From: Batkoa obscura
Taxonomy: Eukaryota
DNA length: 64,000 nt
Direction of reading: 5' to 3'
Assembly: GCA_030770535.1 (NCBI GenBank)
Contig: JASVEC010000018.1
Location: 620,001 to 684,000, forward strand
Shown: positions 30,212 through 43,925 of the stretch, in pieces
Layout: every line of letters starts with the position of its first letter
Position numbering within the stretch: position 1 is the stretch's first letter
Position numbers and translations under genes: made by a program
The notes under the pieces: generated by a model
Told to the model about the DNA's origin: nothing
Databases searched by the model: none
The model's input: only the letters and a program-made list of their open reading frames with translations

Positions 30212-30940
30212 CTATGACAATTTCTTAAGTGCCGAATTCAATTTACATTTTTTGGTATTTTGGTGCCTCTTTAATGCATCTAATCGTGAAAATTGTTTAT
30301 CGCATTGATTACAGTGATATGGTTTAAAGTTCAAATGAATGTTATGGTGTCTTTTCAAATCGTGTGCTCTTCCAAATCTCTGAAAGCACATTTCACATCG
30401 GAATGGTTTCCATAAATTAAGATTATTATTTTGTGAGTGGTAACGAACTAATGTAGCTGGTCTTAATGTATTATAAAGAATAGGTAATGACTGAGCGGGG
30501 TTCAAGTTATTAGTCATAGAACTATTATTCAATTCATTGTTAGGATTATGGCTATTCATGTAATAAGGAGGATAATGATTTATATAGTTGTTGTTATTAT
30601 TGTTAATGTGATTCAAATTACTTTCATCTGTCATATAGTTAGCTTCATTGTTATGGTTTAAAATGTGGTTAAGTTCATTTTTTCCTTTAGCGTCGTAAGC
30701 AGCAGGCTCCAATGTTAACGGTTTGCTACCATCTAATATTTTATTAACTTTATTGTAATCCCTTATTGGTGGTAACGAATTTATTTCAATATCAAGTCTA
30801 GGGTTTGGCCAACTTTTGTTATTATTAAAATTTATAGAAGACTTGGAGTTTAGCTCAACTGGGCTATGACCTGCGCTATAGTATTTGTTTGCATTGTTAT
30901 TAAAGTAAAAAGGATCAAAAAAAGGTTCACAAGGATTCAT
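30212..30940 (-). CDS. C2H2 zinc-finger transcription factor (two C-terminal fingers)
   Basis: FRCEMCFQRFGRAHDLKRHHNIH-LNFKPY-HCNQCDKQFSRLDALKRH; Asn-rich N-terminal region. Confidence 0.9.
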   Translation of the reverse strand: MNPCEPFFDPFYFNNNANKYYSAGHSPVELNSKSSINFNNNKSWPNPRLDIEINSLPPIRDYNKVNKILDGSKPLTLEPAAYDAKGKNELNHILNHNNEANYMTDESNLNHINNNNNNYINHYPPYYMNSHNPNNELNNSSMTNNLNPAQSLPILYNTLRPATLVRYHSQNNNLNLWKPFRCEMCFQRFGRAHDLKRHHNIHLNFKPYHCNQCDKQFSRLDALKRHQNTKKCKLNSALKKLS

Positions 30941-32598
30941 AGTAAAAAGGAAGATCTATCAATATTATAAAACTTTTGTATATGAATATAAAGGTAAAAT
31001 AAAAATAAAATAAGCTTGGGTAATAATCAAAACAAAACTCTATCAACACTGAAAAATCTTTATTTCCACTACTATTTATACTTTAAATTTTCTTTTTTAA
31101 CCCCCCTTTCATTACTCATATTATCGATAATTCTAACGTCTTACTTCTTTACTTTTTTAGTTAACATTATTTACCTTCCACCCTCCTACTACATTCCCAT
31201 TTATTCTTAATTTTAGTCAATTTTTTATCTAAGAATGGTTAAGTATTTGTTATTTATCTTTCTATTATTTTATAATAAAATTTTAGACTGTAATATCAAA
31301 TGTAAAAATAATTATAATTATAATTATAATTATTATTTATATCATTATATAGTTAATGAATAAAAATTAATCAAGTTTTGTCAAGTTTAATTAATACAAG
31401 TTTATATTTCTAATATCTTATTTTTATTTTTTATCATAAGAAAGTTGGAGATATTTTCTTTAACGTTATTAAAGTTTAATCAAAGAAGTAAATAAAGTTA
31501 AGGAATATTATGCTTCAGCCATGCTTATCAAATACAAACTTTTTTTGTAGATCTCTAATCTGGATTTCACTTTTGCTATTTTTAGCTTGTACTTTATAAC
31601 TATTCAATAGTCATTAACCTATTTAATTATAACTACTATATCTAATGTAGGCTATAGTTTTGAAAAACATAAACTATTAAATAATATACAGATGATTTAA
31701 TATTTAAACAAAATACATTATAAATAGCATAAATTCACCAAACAAAGATGGGATAAAAAGCTGTCTAATTCATTTTGAATTAAAGATCTAGATTCGATTA
31801 GACCCCCTTTGCTATCAAACCAACTCAAATACTCATTCTAAATTAAATTTAACACCAGCAATGTTACTAGTTTTACTTATTTAGAACAATACTCCATTTT
31901 TACCCTGTGATTAAATTGAGTCCACAAACTACCCAATTTGCCTTTGATTAAAGGGCAATTGAAGTTGACCATGTTCATCTCCATCATCCGATTCTGTAAT
32001 TAGGGCTTAAATTAATAAATTACTTTTTTGCCTTTAAATAGTTATAAACATCAATTGAGTTATTGTCATTTTAAGCGATTATTTTAACAATTCTAAAGTT
32101 ATTATGCCACATACACTTTGATTTTTTCATTAACCCCTTGATCTTTGTAAAAGTCAAAGTGAAAGATATGAGTTTATACTATTGTATTTTATAAATATAA
32201 TATGAATTGTCTGATTTTCAGGAAATATATGTAGATTTACTGTTTTTTTAAAGACATTACATAGTATTATTAATTACCAAAAAAATAGTTAGTTTAAGGT
32301 AGAAAGGTCCTTAACTAAAAAAAATATCACAAGCTTTGAAATTAAAAAGATGTAATCGTATTGTTTCTATTTTGTATATATTTTTTAGAATAGCGCTTAA
32401 AAAAATTATTATTGTTCATGGCCTAATTTTCTTTTAAACTCTTTAGTGTATTTTATGTTTAAAAATAGTTTAGTTTTTAGAAATCTTATAAAATAAACAG
32501 ACACTAAAATAAAAATTAGATTTACATCTAAGTTTAAAAATGACCCTCAGTTTTTTAAATATTAACCATAAACTTTAGTGTATTTAAATTTGAATATA

Positions 32599-32699
32599 TG
32601 GGGATGTTTTTTTTGGTTTCATTACTTTTTCCACCTTTTAAGCGCCATTTGAGCAGAAAAATTATTAGTAAAATCCTTAAACACAAAAATACATCCCCA
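32599..32699 (-). mobile_element. MITE, best-preserved copy (101 bp; TIR TGGGGATGT/ACATCCCCA; TA on both sides)
   Basis: ATATA|TGGGGATGT ... ACATCCCCA|TATAT: perfect terminal inverted repeats in a TA context. Confidence 0.9.
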
Positions 32700-33743
32700 T
32701 ATATAGAAAATCTAATTTTAGCTTTGTTATTTTTATTAAATACTGTCATTACAATATATAACCTTTTAAAATTTATGACGTTCATGTAATATTTATTTAT
32801 TTATCATTTCTTATTTTTTATTTTTTATCTTATAGTAAAAGGATTTAGACTGGCTTTCGATTCAATATGTATTTTTAAAAGAATCCTTTAACAAATTTTG
32901 AATTTACTAAAGAAACTGTTTCAATAAAGCATCCTTGATATACAGTTTGGAACAGATATCATAATTATCTTATAACTTGATATGTTCAATTAGTACGATA
33001 TGTGGGGATGCTATTTTATTTTAGCTACTCACTCTTTTTATTTAAAAATATACGCTCAAAATACTGTTTATTTACTCATTTTTTAAGCTTAAATTTTGAA
33101 AAAAAGACTGATTAGAACTTTAAGCTATAAAGGATTCCTTATTTTAAACTATTTTATCAATAGTGTAAAATATTTGAGATCTTTATTAAATATCTATAAT
33201 AAAATTCAGAAGAAACTATAACTTGGCTTATAAACCATAAGACTTTTTCCTTTAGACTTCGTATACTAGTGTTTAAAATATGTTCTATCAAACTAAAATT
33301 TGGGATTCTTAGAAACGCTTTCCACAATAATACCCTGACTACACTCTCTTAAACCATTTTTCAATAACTTTAGTCATCCAATTTTTCAGTCATTTTCTGC
33401 TCTTTTGGAAACACTATCTATATTTGAACTTTTTGATCTTACACAGCCTTGGTCACTTTAAGTAAATAAATGCGAAGCCTTTAAACTTTAAAATTAAAAA
33501 ACCTAGTTATTTAAAACTCAAGTTATTATGGTGACTTAAACCGCTCCTTCGTGGAAGATTCTCTTCTTTTGACAAAATAGAAAATACAAGTTCTTAGAAC
33601 CTTTGATTTTAAAAAATTACCAAATTCATTTGTTTATTTATTTAAATTGATGAATAACATTTGGTTGTATTAAATTTCTTATTTTTATTTGACAAATGAT
33701 TGATATTTGTAAATTTTATAATTTTTTGTGGTATTCTAAATAT

Positions 33744-33842
33744 TGGAGATGTATATTTATATTTAAGAATTTTACTAATAATTTTTCTGCTCAAATAGTG
33801 CTAAAAGATGGAAAAAGTAATGAAGCTAAAAAACACCCCCCA
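33744..33842 (+). mobile_element. MITE copy
   Basis: TGGAGATGT...TTTAAGAATTTTACTAATAA...AAACACCCCCCA. Confidence 0.85.
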
Positions 33843-34987
33843 TATTTAGTAAAAAAATCCACAGCTATTTAGTTTTATTTTTTATTTATTTTGCGTTACT
33901 AATAAGATTATTTGTATAATATGATAGTATAATAGTGTAATAATCATTTTTGTTTTATATGAAAAATAGGTATAAATTAGATTACTTAATTTCCGAATTT
34001 TTTTTATATGTTAAACTAACCATAAATTGTCTAATTAGATAAATATATTATTTTATTTATTGAATTTTGAAGCAAGAAAGCCAAGTGGTATATTTTATAA
34101 TTTTAAAAGAGAGCTAACTGTGAAGATTTTTAAAATGAAAATATCCCTAGGGTATGAAGGGCTAATAATTTATTAACAATAATAATTAGCATCGCTCAAA
34201 GCCAATTTCTCCACTTTATTGAGATGTTTAAAGATTTTAAAAATTATTACAACTAGAGCCATTACAGGCCACAAATAAACAGGCATTTGTCTTTCTTACC
34301 TTAAAAGGTTTATTTAAATCACGAATTTATTTCTGGAACAAATATTGTGGCTTTTAATCAATTAAACAATTGGCTGAATATAGTCAATATATTAAAAGCT
34401 TTATCTTATACAATAGTACTTATACCCATTAAAACGTTATTCAATTAAGTGAAAATGTATTGATGTTTAATATTAAAATCGTTTTATTAGACTAATTTTT
34501 ATAATACTATTTTTTGTGGGATGTTTTTTATGATTTTTTGAGTTTACTCGTGTAGTATTATTTATTATATGAAAGAAAAAATCTTTCATGTATTGCTTTT
34601 GAATAAGTAAGGTTATAACAATACACAAATTACAAATATAAACTATATCACTTTAATACTGATTTCACCATATATCTTTTTATTCTGAGATTCTTAATAA
34701 ACAGTTTCAAGGTCACATTAGCAAAAGTAATATTAAGAACAGGAAATTACAAAACCAGCTTCAAGTTAATTTGGCAAATAATTTCAGAACAAATAAAATT
34801 GCGTGTACGCTTGATTTGGTCTATAAAAGCCAATCCAACCTCAAGGAATAGGCATTTCTAAAAAAAGGTTCTTGATAGATTAAGAATTCAATGGCTACTC
34901 AAAAGTAAATTTAATAAAAAATAGACAATTAAATTAACAACCATAATTTCTTTTTTTTTGAAAAGTTGTTAAAACTTAAACTATATT

Positions 34988-37900
34988 ATGTCCATGGCCA
35001 CCACCATTCCAAAATCCACTAACCTAAGTCTTTTTAGTGAGGAAGTTATAACTATTGCTGATGAAACTTTGAACGAGGAATTACCCCCTCGCTCTGGTAC
35101 CCCTAATTCATTTAAAACAGTGGAATCTGGAACAGCCCCAGCTACCCCACAACAACAACAGCCCCCTCAGTTTAATATCGCTTCACCTGTTTCTTCACAT
35201 GTGTTTTTATTGAGCTTTTTTGACGAAATTTTAAAATCAAAATCTATCAGTCGTTACCCTACTATTAAAGAGTCTACTCAGCGTGCTTTAGGTAATTGAC
35301 TTAATCAATACTATAAAACAAAATTCAATTTTAATATTTATTAGATTTGTCAAAAACAGAAGGATTTTGTCGAGAAAGAGCGTAAGAGATATTTTTTTAA
35401 AATTTATTTAGCTTATTTTATTTCCTAGTCAACTCTCTCACAATACTGACGTTATCCTCGATCCTTTAATTGCATGTTGCAAATCGGGATCACAAACCTT
35501 AACTTTATTGGCTTTGGACGGTTTGAGTAAATTAATCACTTACGATTATCTACCAAGTGAGGTCCTACTTTCTTCTGGTTTAAAAATCGAAACTAAAGGT
35601 GAAAAGAAAGAACGAAGCCCTATTGATAAGGCAGTGATGGCCATTTGTGATTGTTTTAAAGGTGAGAACACTGACGAAAGATTACAAACTCAAATTATGA
35701 AGGTAAAATCCCCATTTATTTTTTGAGCAAAATTTAAGGCCATCTTTATAGGGCTTAGTTGCTGCTGTTTCTTCGAACACAACCATTATTCATCAAGAAG
35801 CCCTTTTAAATGCGATTAGAACTTTATATAATATTTTTTTGTTATCACGCGATATCAGTAATCAGATCGTTGCTCAAGGAACTTTAATTCAAATGTCTCG
35901 TTCTGTTTTTGGTCGTATTAAGCCAGTTTCAAGACCAAAGCCTCAAAGGGCACCATCTATAGCAAGCTATAAATCAAATAATAGTGGATCGATAGTCAAC
36001 TATGCTAGTGATAGCGATGATGAAGCAGATGAACCAAAAAAAGGTCAGTATTTCTAATTTAATAGATAGTAATAAATTAATAAATATCTCAGATAATTTA
36101 GAAGATAATAAATTAACGCTAGAGGCGATTGGTGGCAAAGCAGCAGAAGCAGCAGCCAATGCTCAAGTTCAAGGAAATATATGTGACAACACAAGTGACC
36201 TCAATGTTCTTGATGGCTTTTTATTATTCAGAGCACTCTGTAAGCTTTCTATTAAGCCTTTTAGAACCGATGCTACCCTTGAATCACGTTCCATGTCATT
36301 GAGATCTAAATTACTATCTTTATATCTCATTCTTATCATCGTTACTGAATTTTCTGATGTTTTTATAAATTCAAAGGTATTCTTTTTAACTCCTGGTGAT
36401 AATGACTTGAATCGCACAGTGAGAGAAGAAACTTTTTTGGTTGCTGTGAAACCTTACTTTGGATTATGTCTTTCAAGGAATTTAGTTTCTACAACTCCAA
36501 AAATCTTTGAATTGGCTTTAGCCGTCTTTGAGTCCGTGATGTGTAACCTTCGTTCTCACTTAAAGGGTGAAATTGAGGTTTACCTTAAGGAAATTATCAT
36601 CCCAGTCTTGGAAATGAAGCCATCTGGCATCCAACATCAAAAGCATATTTTGTTTACTATGTTTCTTTCAAAATTGAGTCATGACCCTCAAATGCTAGTT
36701 GAAATCTATTTAAATTATGATTGTGATCGAGGTTCCTTAAATAATAATATCTTTGAACATTTAACAAGCTCAGTTTCTAAATTGGTTTCCAGTGTAAGCG
36801 AACAAGATATAGAAGATACACCTGCTTTAATTTGGGAAGAACAAGATTCTTTCCAGGCTACTGCTAAAGGCCTTAATAGAGCTGATTTATTGAATTTGCC
36901 TTCTCTTACTTCCGATAAATTTACTCACACTTATTTATCTAACTCTTTTTTCTCACGTGCTTCGTTTAATCCAGCTAACCTTCAGATTCGTGCTCTTGAT
37001 ACACTTGTGAGTATTTTAAGTTCATTAGTCCGCTGGAGTAACAAAGGCAAAGCAAACTCAGATCAGAGATCTGATAGTGTGAACTTAACTGAAGAAGCTT
37101 TGGATGACGCTGCCACCGAAACTGGCACTATTTATCCATCAGAAGTATCTGACAGCGACTTTAGAACCTTATCACCAGTGTATGACGATCCCAATCACTT
37201 TGAACAAAATAAGATTCAGAAGCAGGCTCTCCAAGTAGCGATTGATATCTTCAACCGTAAACCAAAAAGAGGTATTGAAAGCTTATTAAAAAGTGGGATC
37301 ATACCCAGTTCTGATCCACAAGACATTGCCAAGTTCTTGTTGGAATCACCTGACCTCAATAAAAATGTTTTAGGAGAATATCTTGGTGAAGGGGATGTAG
37401 TAAACATTGACATTATGCATGCCTTTGTTGATCAATTAGACTTTACAGGGTTAGAGTTTGTACCAGCATTAAGAAAGTTTTTGCAAACATTCCGCTTACC
37501 TGGGGAAGCTCAAAAGATCGATCGATTTATGCTAAAGTTCGCTGAACGTTATGTAGGACAAAACCCTGATGTCTTTGTAAACGCAGATACCGCCTATGTT
37601 TTAGGTTACTCAGTTATTATGTTAAACACTGATTTATATAACCCTCAAGTTAAAAAGAGAATGACTCAAGAAGACTTTATAAAAAACAATCGTGGAATTG
37701 ACGATGGGGCAGATATCCCCGAAGAATTTTTAAATGAAATTTATCATCAGATTTCTGCAAAAGAAATTAAACTTAAAGATGATCCTTATGAAACTTCTAG
37801 TGCAGCTAGCCGTTCTAATACCCCAGCTACCTTAGCTGCTCAATTCGACATCTTAGGCACACGTAACAAGAAGAACCAAGATGCCCAAGCCAGCTCCTTA

Positions 37901-40900
37901 CAATTACAAAACAACGCTGAAAAAATTTTGAAAAAGATGATCAGCCGTAAAGCCAATAGAAACGGTGCTGGTATCACCTCAGTATTTTATAGTGCTTCTC
38001 ATTATGAACATGTTCGCCCCATGTTTGAAGTATGCTGGATGGCTTGCTTAGCTACTTTTTCAGCTTTACTTAAATCAAATGACAATCCAAAGATTATTGC
38101 TTATTGTTTGGATGGATTCCGACATGCAATTCATATCGCTAGTTTCTTTGATTTGGACTTAGCTAGAAATGCCTTAATTAATGCTTTAAGCAACTTCTGC
38201 TTTTTAGCCAATATCATGGAAATGAAAGCAAAAAACTTGGAAGCCATACGTACCATTTTAGATATCTCTGTAGAAGAAGGTAACAATCTCAAAAATTGTT
38301 GGACGGATATATTGCAGATTGTCAATCATTTGGTTAGATTACAGCTTATCCCTAACTTTTCTGCTACTAGCAATGGCAGAGATCGTTCACTAGTGGCTCA
38401 TAGAGATCCTCAAGCGAAAAGGTTCACTAAAATTGCACTAGTTGAAAGTAACTCCCAATCTATGTTGATTTCCGTCGATAAAGTATTTGCCTATTCTGTT
38501 CATTTGAATGGAAGTGGTATTGTAGATTTTATTAAAGCGTTATCCCAAATTGCTTGGGACGAATTAGAAGACATACCTACTACATTTGATAAGAGCAAAG
38601 CACAAACCTCACCCCGTATGTTTGCTATACAAAAATTAGTGGAGGTAGCTTACTATAATATGAACCGTATTCGTTTAGAGTGGAAAGAGATATGGGGAAT
38701 AATTTCGCCTTTGTTCCAAAAGATAGGTTGTCATAGTAATGAAGCAGTTGCTTCATATGTGATCGATTCTTTGCGCCAATTGGCTTCCAAGTTTTTGGAC
38801 AAGGAAGAATTATCTAACTTCAAGTTCCAAAAAGAATTCCTTTCTCCTTTTGTCTACATTATTTCAAATACCAAACTTCTCACTATTAAGGATATGGTGC
38901 TACAATGTCTTAAACAGATGATTAAATCAAGCTCGCGTCATATTGTATCTGGTTGGAAAACAATGTTTGCTGTTTTGGGAGAAGCAGCACAAGATGATAA
39001 TGAAGCAATTGTTGCCTTATCTTTTGATTTAGTTAAAAAGATTTATCAAGACCATTTTAACGATGTAATAACCAAGCCAGAAAACTTTGGAAGCTTTTTG
39101 ATTTGCGTGGCTCAATTCACAAAAAATGATAGGTATAATAAGGTTGGATTACAGGCGTTTGAAGTATATCGTCAAGCTTCTGATAGCATGATTGAGTTTT
39201 CAAAACTCCATCCAGAGCTTGTTTCATCAAAGGGATTCGCTAAGGAGGGTGTTTACGCTAAAAGTCATGAAAGTTTCCCTGAATTAAACTTCTGGATCCC
39301 AATTTTCCATGGACTCCTAGAAATGGTGTCGGAAGTCCTTGACCTTGAGGCAAGAACCAGAGCCATTGATCAATTATTTGGCTATCTTAATCAAAGCGGA
39401 AAAGAATTCCCAGATAGCTTCTGGCATTATTTATTGAGTGAAGTGTTATTTCCTATCTTTTCTAATTTGGGTGATTCAAATAGACAATCTAAATTACAAT
39501 TCGCTTCTCATGAAGATTCAATCATCTGGGTTTCTACTACTCTCATTCATGCTTTACGTAAATTTGTTCAACTTTTCACGGACTATTATGAAAAAGTATT
39601 CCAGTTTTTAGATGGCTTATTGGACCTCCTCTCTGTTTGTTTATGTCAAGGTAAATCCTAATTGGTCTTTTTAAATTAGCTACTTATATATATCATTAGA
39701 GAATCCATCTCTTTGTAAGATCGGGTCTGATTGCTTTAAGAGCTTGGTAGAAAATAATGTAGATCGCTTGAGTACCAAGGATTGGGAAAGGCTTATTGGG
39801 ATAACCGTTCGTCTCTTTACAGCTTCTAGTCGAGTTTCTTCTGATGAAACGAAAAAGAACTTGACCCTTAAGGATAAAATTAATACAAGTAATTTTTCTA
39901 AAAAACCATATAAATTGTAACGCTAATTTCTTTGTAATAGAATCTCAATTAGAAAGCTTTGAAAAGATAATGAAAGAATCTCAGATACCAAACTTACCAA
40001 AAACACCTACCCAGCAATTGAATTTATGTTTAACCATGATTTCGATTGTGGAAGATGTGTTCTTGCAAAACGATAAAGTATTTAGAAAAATAAAGCCTGA
40101 GCATGTATTCCTTATTTTAGATTTGGTTGAGAGAGCTTATTTAGAAACTCAGCATATCAATGCCGATTTTGATCTTATTGGTGCTATAGAGAGACAAGGT
40201 AAAATAGCTATAGTTTACTGAATTAATTCAGAATATATTTAACTTAATTTTTTTAGCTGTTAACAAATTAGAAAGATTTGCAGCCACTTCTTTAAGTTTA
40301 GAATTGAATTGTTTAGTATGTTTGATTAAGGTATTACTAAAAATGTATACCTCCGATAATCCAGCATTTAAACCACATGTCAGTGAAATTGAACATAGAC
40401 TTATACCGTAAGTGGTTGTATCCATGTGTATATACATTTATTAATCCTTTTCTAGGCTATGCAAAGATTCATTCACTTCTTTCAATTCCTTATCGGATTA
40501 CCCATTGATTCCTGGAGTACAAAACATTTACGAATTGTGGCATGAGGTTGTACTAAGGATTGGTAACTTTTTATGTATTGCGCAAGGACAACAGGTAAAA
40601 CTCAGCTCATTATAATATCTTTACAAAAAGCTAACTCTGTCCTTTCTAGTTTAAAACCGTGTTCCGACCCAACAGTAAAGAGATTATTAAAACCTTGAAG
40701 CATCGTCATCTTTCCCATGAAATCCAAACAATGGTCTTTAATATTATGGAAAGGGTAGATTTATTTTATATTCAAAATGAGAGTCTAGAAACAAAGGTAG
40801 AGGTAGAGACAGACGGAGAGGCAGAGGGAGAAAGCCCTGCCCAAGTTAATGTTCATGAATCTAAGTACAAAGAGAATAGAGAGACACATATTGAAGAGTA

Positions 40901-41003
40901 TAATCAGATTGATGACACCAATGAAAGCTTGAATCAGGAAGATGAAGTAATTCAGGTGGACTACAATCCTGGATTTTCGATGCTTACGCAAGATGACTTT
41001 TAG
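34988..41003 (+). CDS. SEC7: Large ARF guanine-nucleotide exchange factor Sec7/BIG (multi-exon)
   Basis: DCB and HUS regions (EIYLNYDCD), Sec7 domain (FRLPGEAQKIDRFMLKFA, SVIMLNTDLYNPQVK), HDS regions (MNRIRLEW, DSLRQLA, FKFQKEFL, SGWKTMF). Confidence 0.95.
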
Positions 41004-41459
41004 GTTTTTTGATTTGAGTATAATTATATACTCTTTTTCCTGTTTTCTTATTTTTTACTACGTTTGAAATATAGTCTTGTTTGAATTAAATTTTATACTT
41101 TTTAAGAGTTTCTTGAGTTTTTATGTGGGTTACTTACTTTAAATTTTGATTGGAATAGTCTAAATTAATCTCCTTATTTTGCCATAGGAGAGTATTATGA
41201 TTTAAACTAAATTATAAAGTAGGAGCTTATATGGCCCATACAGTAAACGGGGTGGATATAGCAACTTTAAGGTACAGGCTAAAAAATAATACTGAGGATA
41301 AAAAATAAAGCTTTATAACATGTCTTGTTTATCCCTCGATTTATAAAATTCACGATTTTTTCGAAACTAAAGCATTTAAAATTTGGACCAATAATAAGCT
41401 TCTATTTATTTGTTTACTTCTATGAGCTTCCTATTTTAATCCTTACTCGGCAATAAAGG

Positions 41460-43925
41460 ATGAGTAAATTACTCCACAAAGGAATCATAAAGCATGAACT
41501 GTTAGTCAGGACCAAACTGAGGCAAATAGGTGTAATTAAACAAGAGGTAAATAGTAAACGCCTTCTAAGTAGCGTCCAAAAAAGGTAGGCACATTTACTC
41601 ATTAAATCATATAATAAACCTTAACATATAGAAAGTACAGAGATACTCACAGATAAAGAAGATGTGATTAAGTCAAAGCTTGAGGAATTAAAGATGATAC
41701 TAAAGAAGGATAGTGCCGATGAAAATAAGAGAGTAAATAATTTAATTGAAGATCTATTAAAAGAACAACAGCCGGTACCGTTAAATCCAAAGGTGAATAT
41801 TATACAACTGATGTTGAGTAGCGGGGTGATTCAGCTACTCAATAAACAATACAAAAATAGGGAAACCAACTTTTTAGAAGGAATTTTGGGCAAGGATACT
41901 CTGTTTTTAAAGTTTGAAGGCGATAGAAATGAGATTAAACATATTTTGGCGGTATTTAAAGACAAAGAATACCAACATAAGTTGTTGTGTAAAAAGATAA
42001 TTAATGATATTCATAGTGAAGAGTCATATTACGCTGTGATTGAAAGTAGTCTGGAAACGGACCAGTTAGAGTTGGTTATTGAGTATTTGAATGAAATGAT
42101 AGTAGATTATACACCAAACAAAAAGCTGGTTCATCAAGTATTTGTTAGGCTTCTGAAATCTAACAAGCAGGATGTGGCTATGGATTTATACCTTAAATTA
42201 AAAGAAAAAGAGTACAAGTTTAATAAAGGTACGTATATCTCCTTTATCACTTATTTTAGTAGGTATAAAGATAAGAAGCAGTTGAATAATGTGTTGCATT
42301 TTTTTAATGAGATGACTATCCGAGGATTGGAGCCTAACATAACTCTATTTAACATAATGCTTAAGAATTATCATCAGCTTATATTAATCAACAAGGATAA
42401 AGTAAGTAATAAATATTATTTAACTAAGATTCAGCAGATTGTACAGCAGATGAAGGAGACTTATGTTGGAATCGATGACTATAGTTATGCCATCTTACTT
42501 TCTATTTTTAGAATCTTGCTAAAGTTAGATAAAGAGTATTATTTGAAAGAGTTTAATTTATTGATTAATATAAAAGAGATCAAGTTAAATGTACAGGGAT
42601 ATAATGAATTACTTAAAATTTATGCATCATTGAAAGAGGTTGAGTCAATGGAAGAAGTGATATTAACCTTATGTGAAAAAAATTTATTGGATAGGATTGT
42701 ATTGGACACAATTATTGAGAAGTTTAGTGAACTCGAGCGGTATGATAAAGTAGAATACTATTATTTACAACTAACAAAGAAAAAGAAATTGAATAAGCTA
42801 TATAAATTCCAAATAGTACAACCAGATCAATTAATTTCATTGAAGATGATTAAAGTGTTTGCCAAATTAAACAAACCTGCTTTGGTGCAAGAATATTACT
42901 ATCAAATTGAAATCAGAAATAAGAATGAATTAAACATGGTATTACTGGGTTATTTGGAGCTATTAAATAAAAATTCGATATCTTCAGAAGAAGTTCTGTG
43001 GAAGATTGAAACTATATTCGATGCACATCCAGAGTTTAAAGATATGGTGAATTATAAAGTACTAATTAGATGTTATTATATTTACATATTAAGAAACAAT
43101 AAAGATAAGGACATTATGCCAATTTGGAAGAAATTATGGAGTACTGTTGATAGCATCAAATTCCAAGATCCGGATATCGTAACATTCTTATTAAAAAGTA
43201 TGGTTTTAGCAAATTTACAAGATAATAGTTATTTAAGACAGCTACTAAATGAGGCTATCCCATTTAATTTGGAGCATTATATGCTAATGTTGCAGCTTGC
43301 AGGAAAGTATAATAGTAAAATAGATATACAATTAATAGAAGAAAGATATAAGAATGAAATGCCAACCATTCATTTAGAGTTTTATAATTTATATTTACAG
43401 TTAATGATACGATATGATTTGCCATATTTTATAGATAAAGTAATGTACCTTTATTATAAGAAGATTGAGTTTAACGAGCATTTGTTTAATATCTATTTGG
43501 ATTATTTTATTAGAAACAAACCTGATTTCGATGCATTTTCAAACCATTTGCAGTTTTTCATTCTAACAATGAATAGATTTAATACTCGATTAGATAGCAA
43601 ATTGGTGTATAAACTAAGCCAAATTACTCGACGTTATACCTCACAGCAACAGTTAGAAGTGATAGATTCTTTGTTCAGGATTAAGAAGAAAGATAACAAA
43701 GACATTATTATTATTATCAAAAAAATGATTCTTGGAAATCAATTGTTGGAAGCGGACAGGCTGTTCTCTATTTTGGACCATTATTTTAGCAACAAGGATT
43801 CTAAAGTTGCGATAAAAATTATCCATTTGATTCAAACTAAATATCCTGAGTTACAACAAACCCATAAGGAGTCAAAATTTTATCAGAGCTTTTATGCGTT
43901 TAAAGTAAAGTGGGATGGTAAATAA
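41460..43925 (+). CDS. Pentatricopeptide-repeat (PPR)-like helical-repeat protein, probably mitochondrial
   Basis: 753-aa ORF with PPR-like units (TYISFITYF...FFNEMTIRGLEPNITLFNIMLK, YSYAILL, GYNELLKIYA). A basic first exon from ATG 41460 is inferred; its splice junction is uncertain. Confidence 0.7.

Noticed and set aside
32555..32789. Two short ORFs on opposite strands
   Set aside because: They run through a MITE copy; no transposase features.
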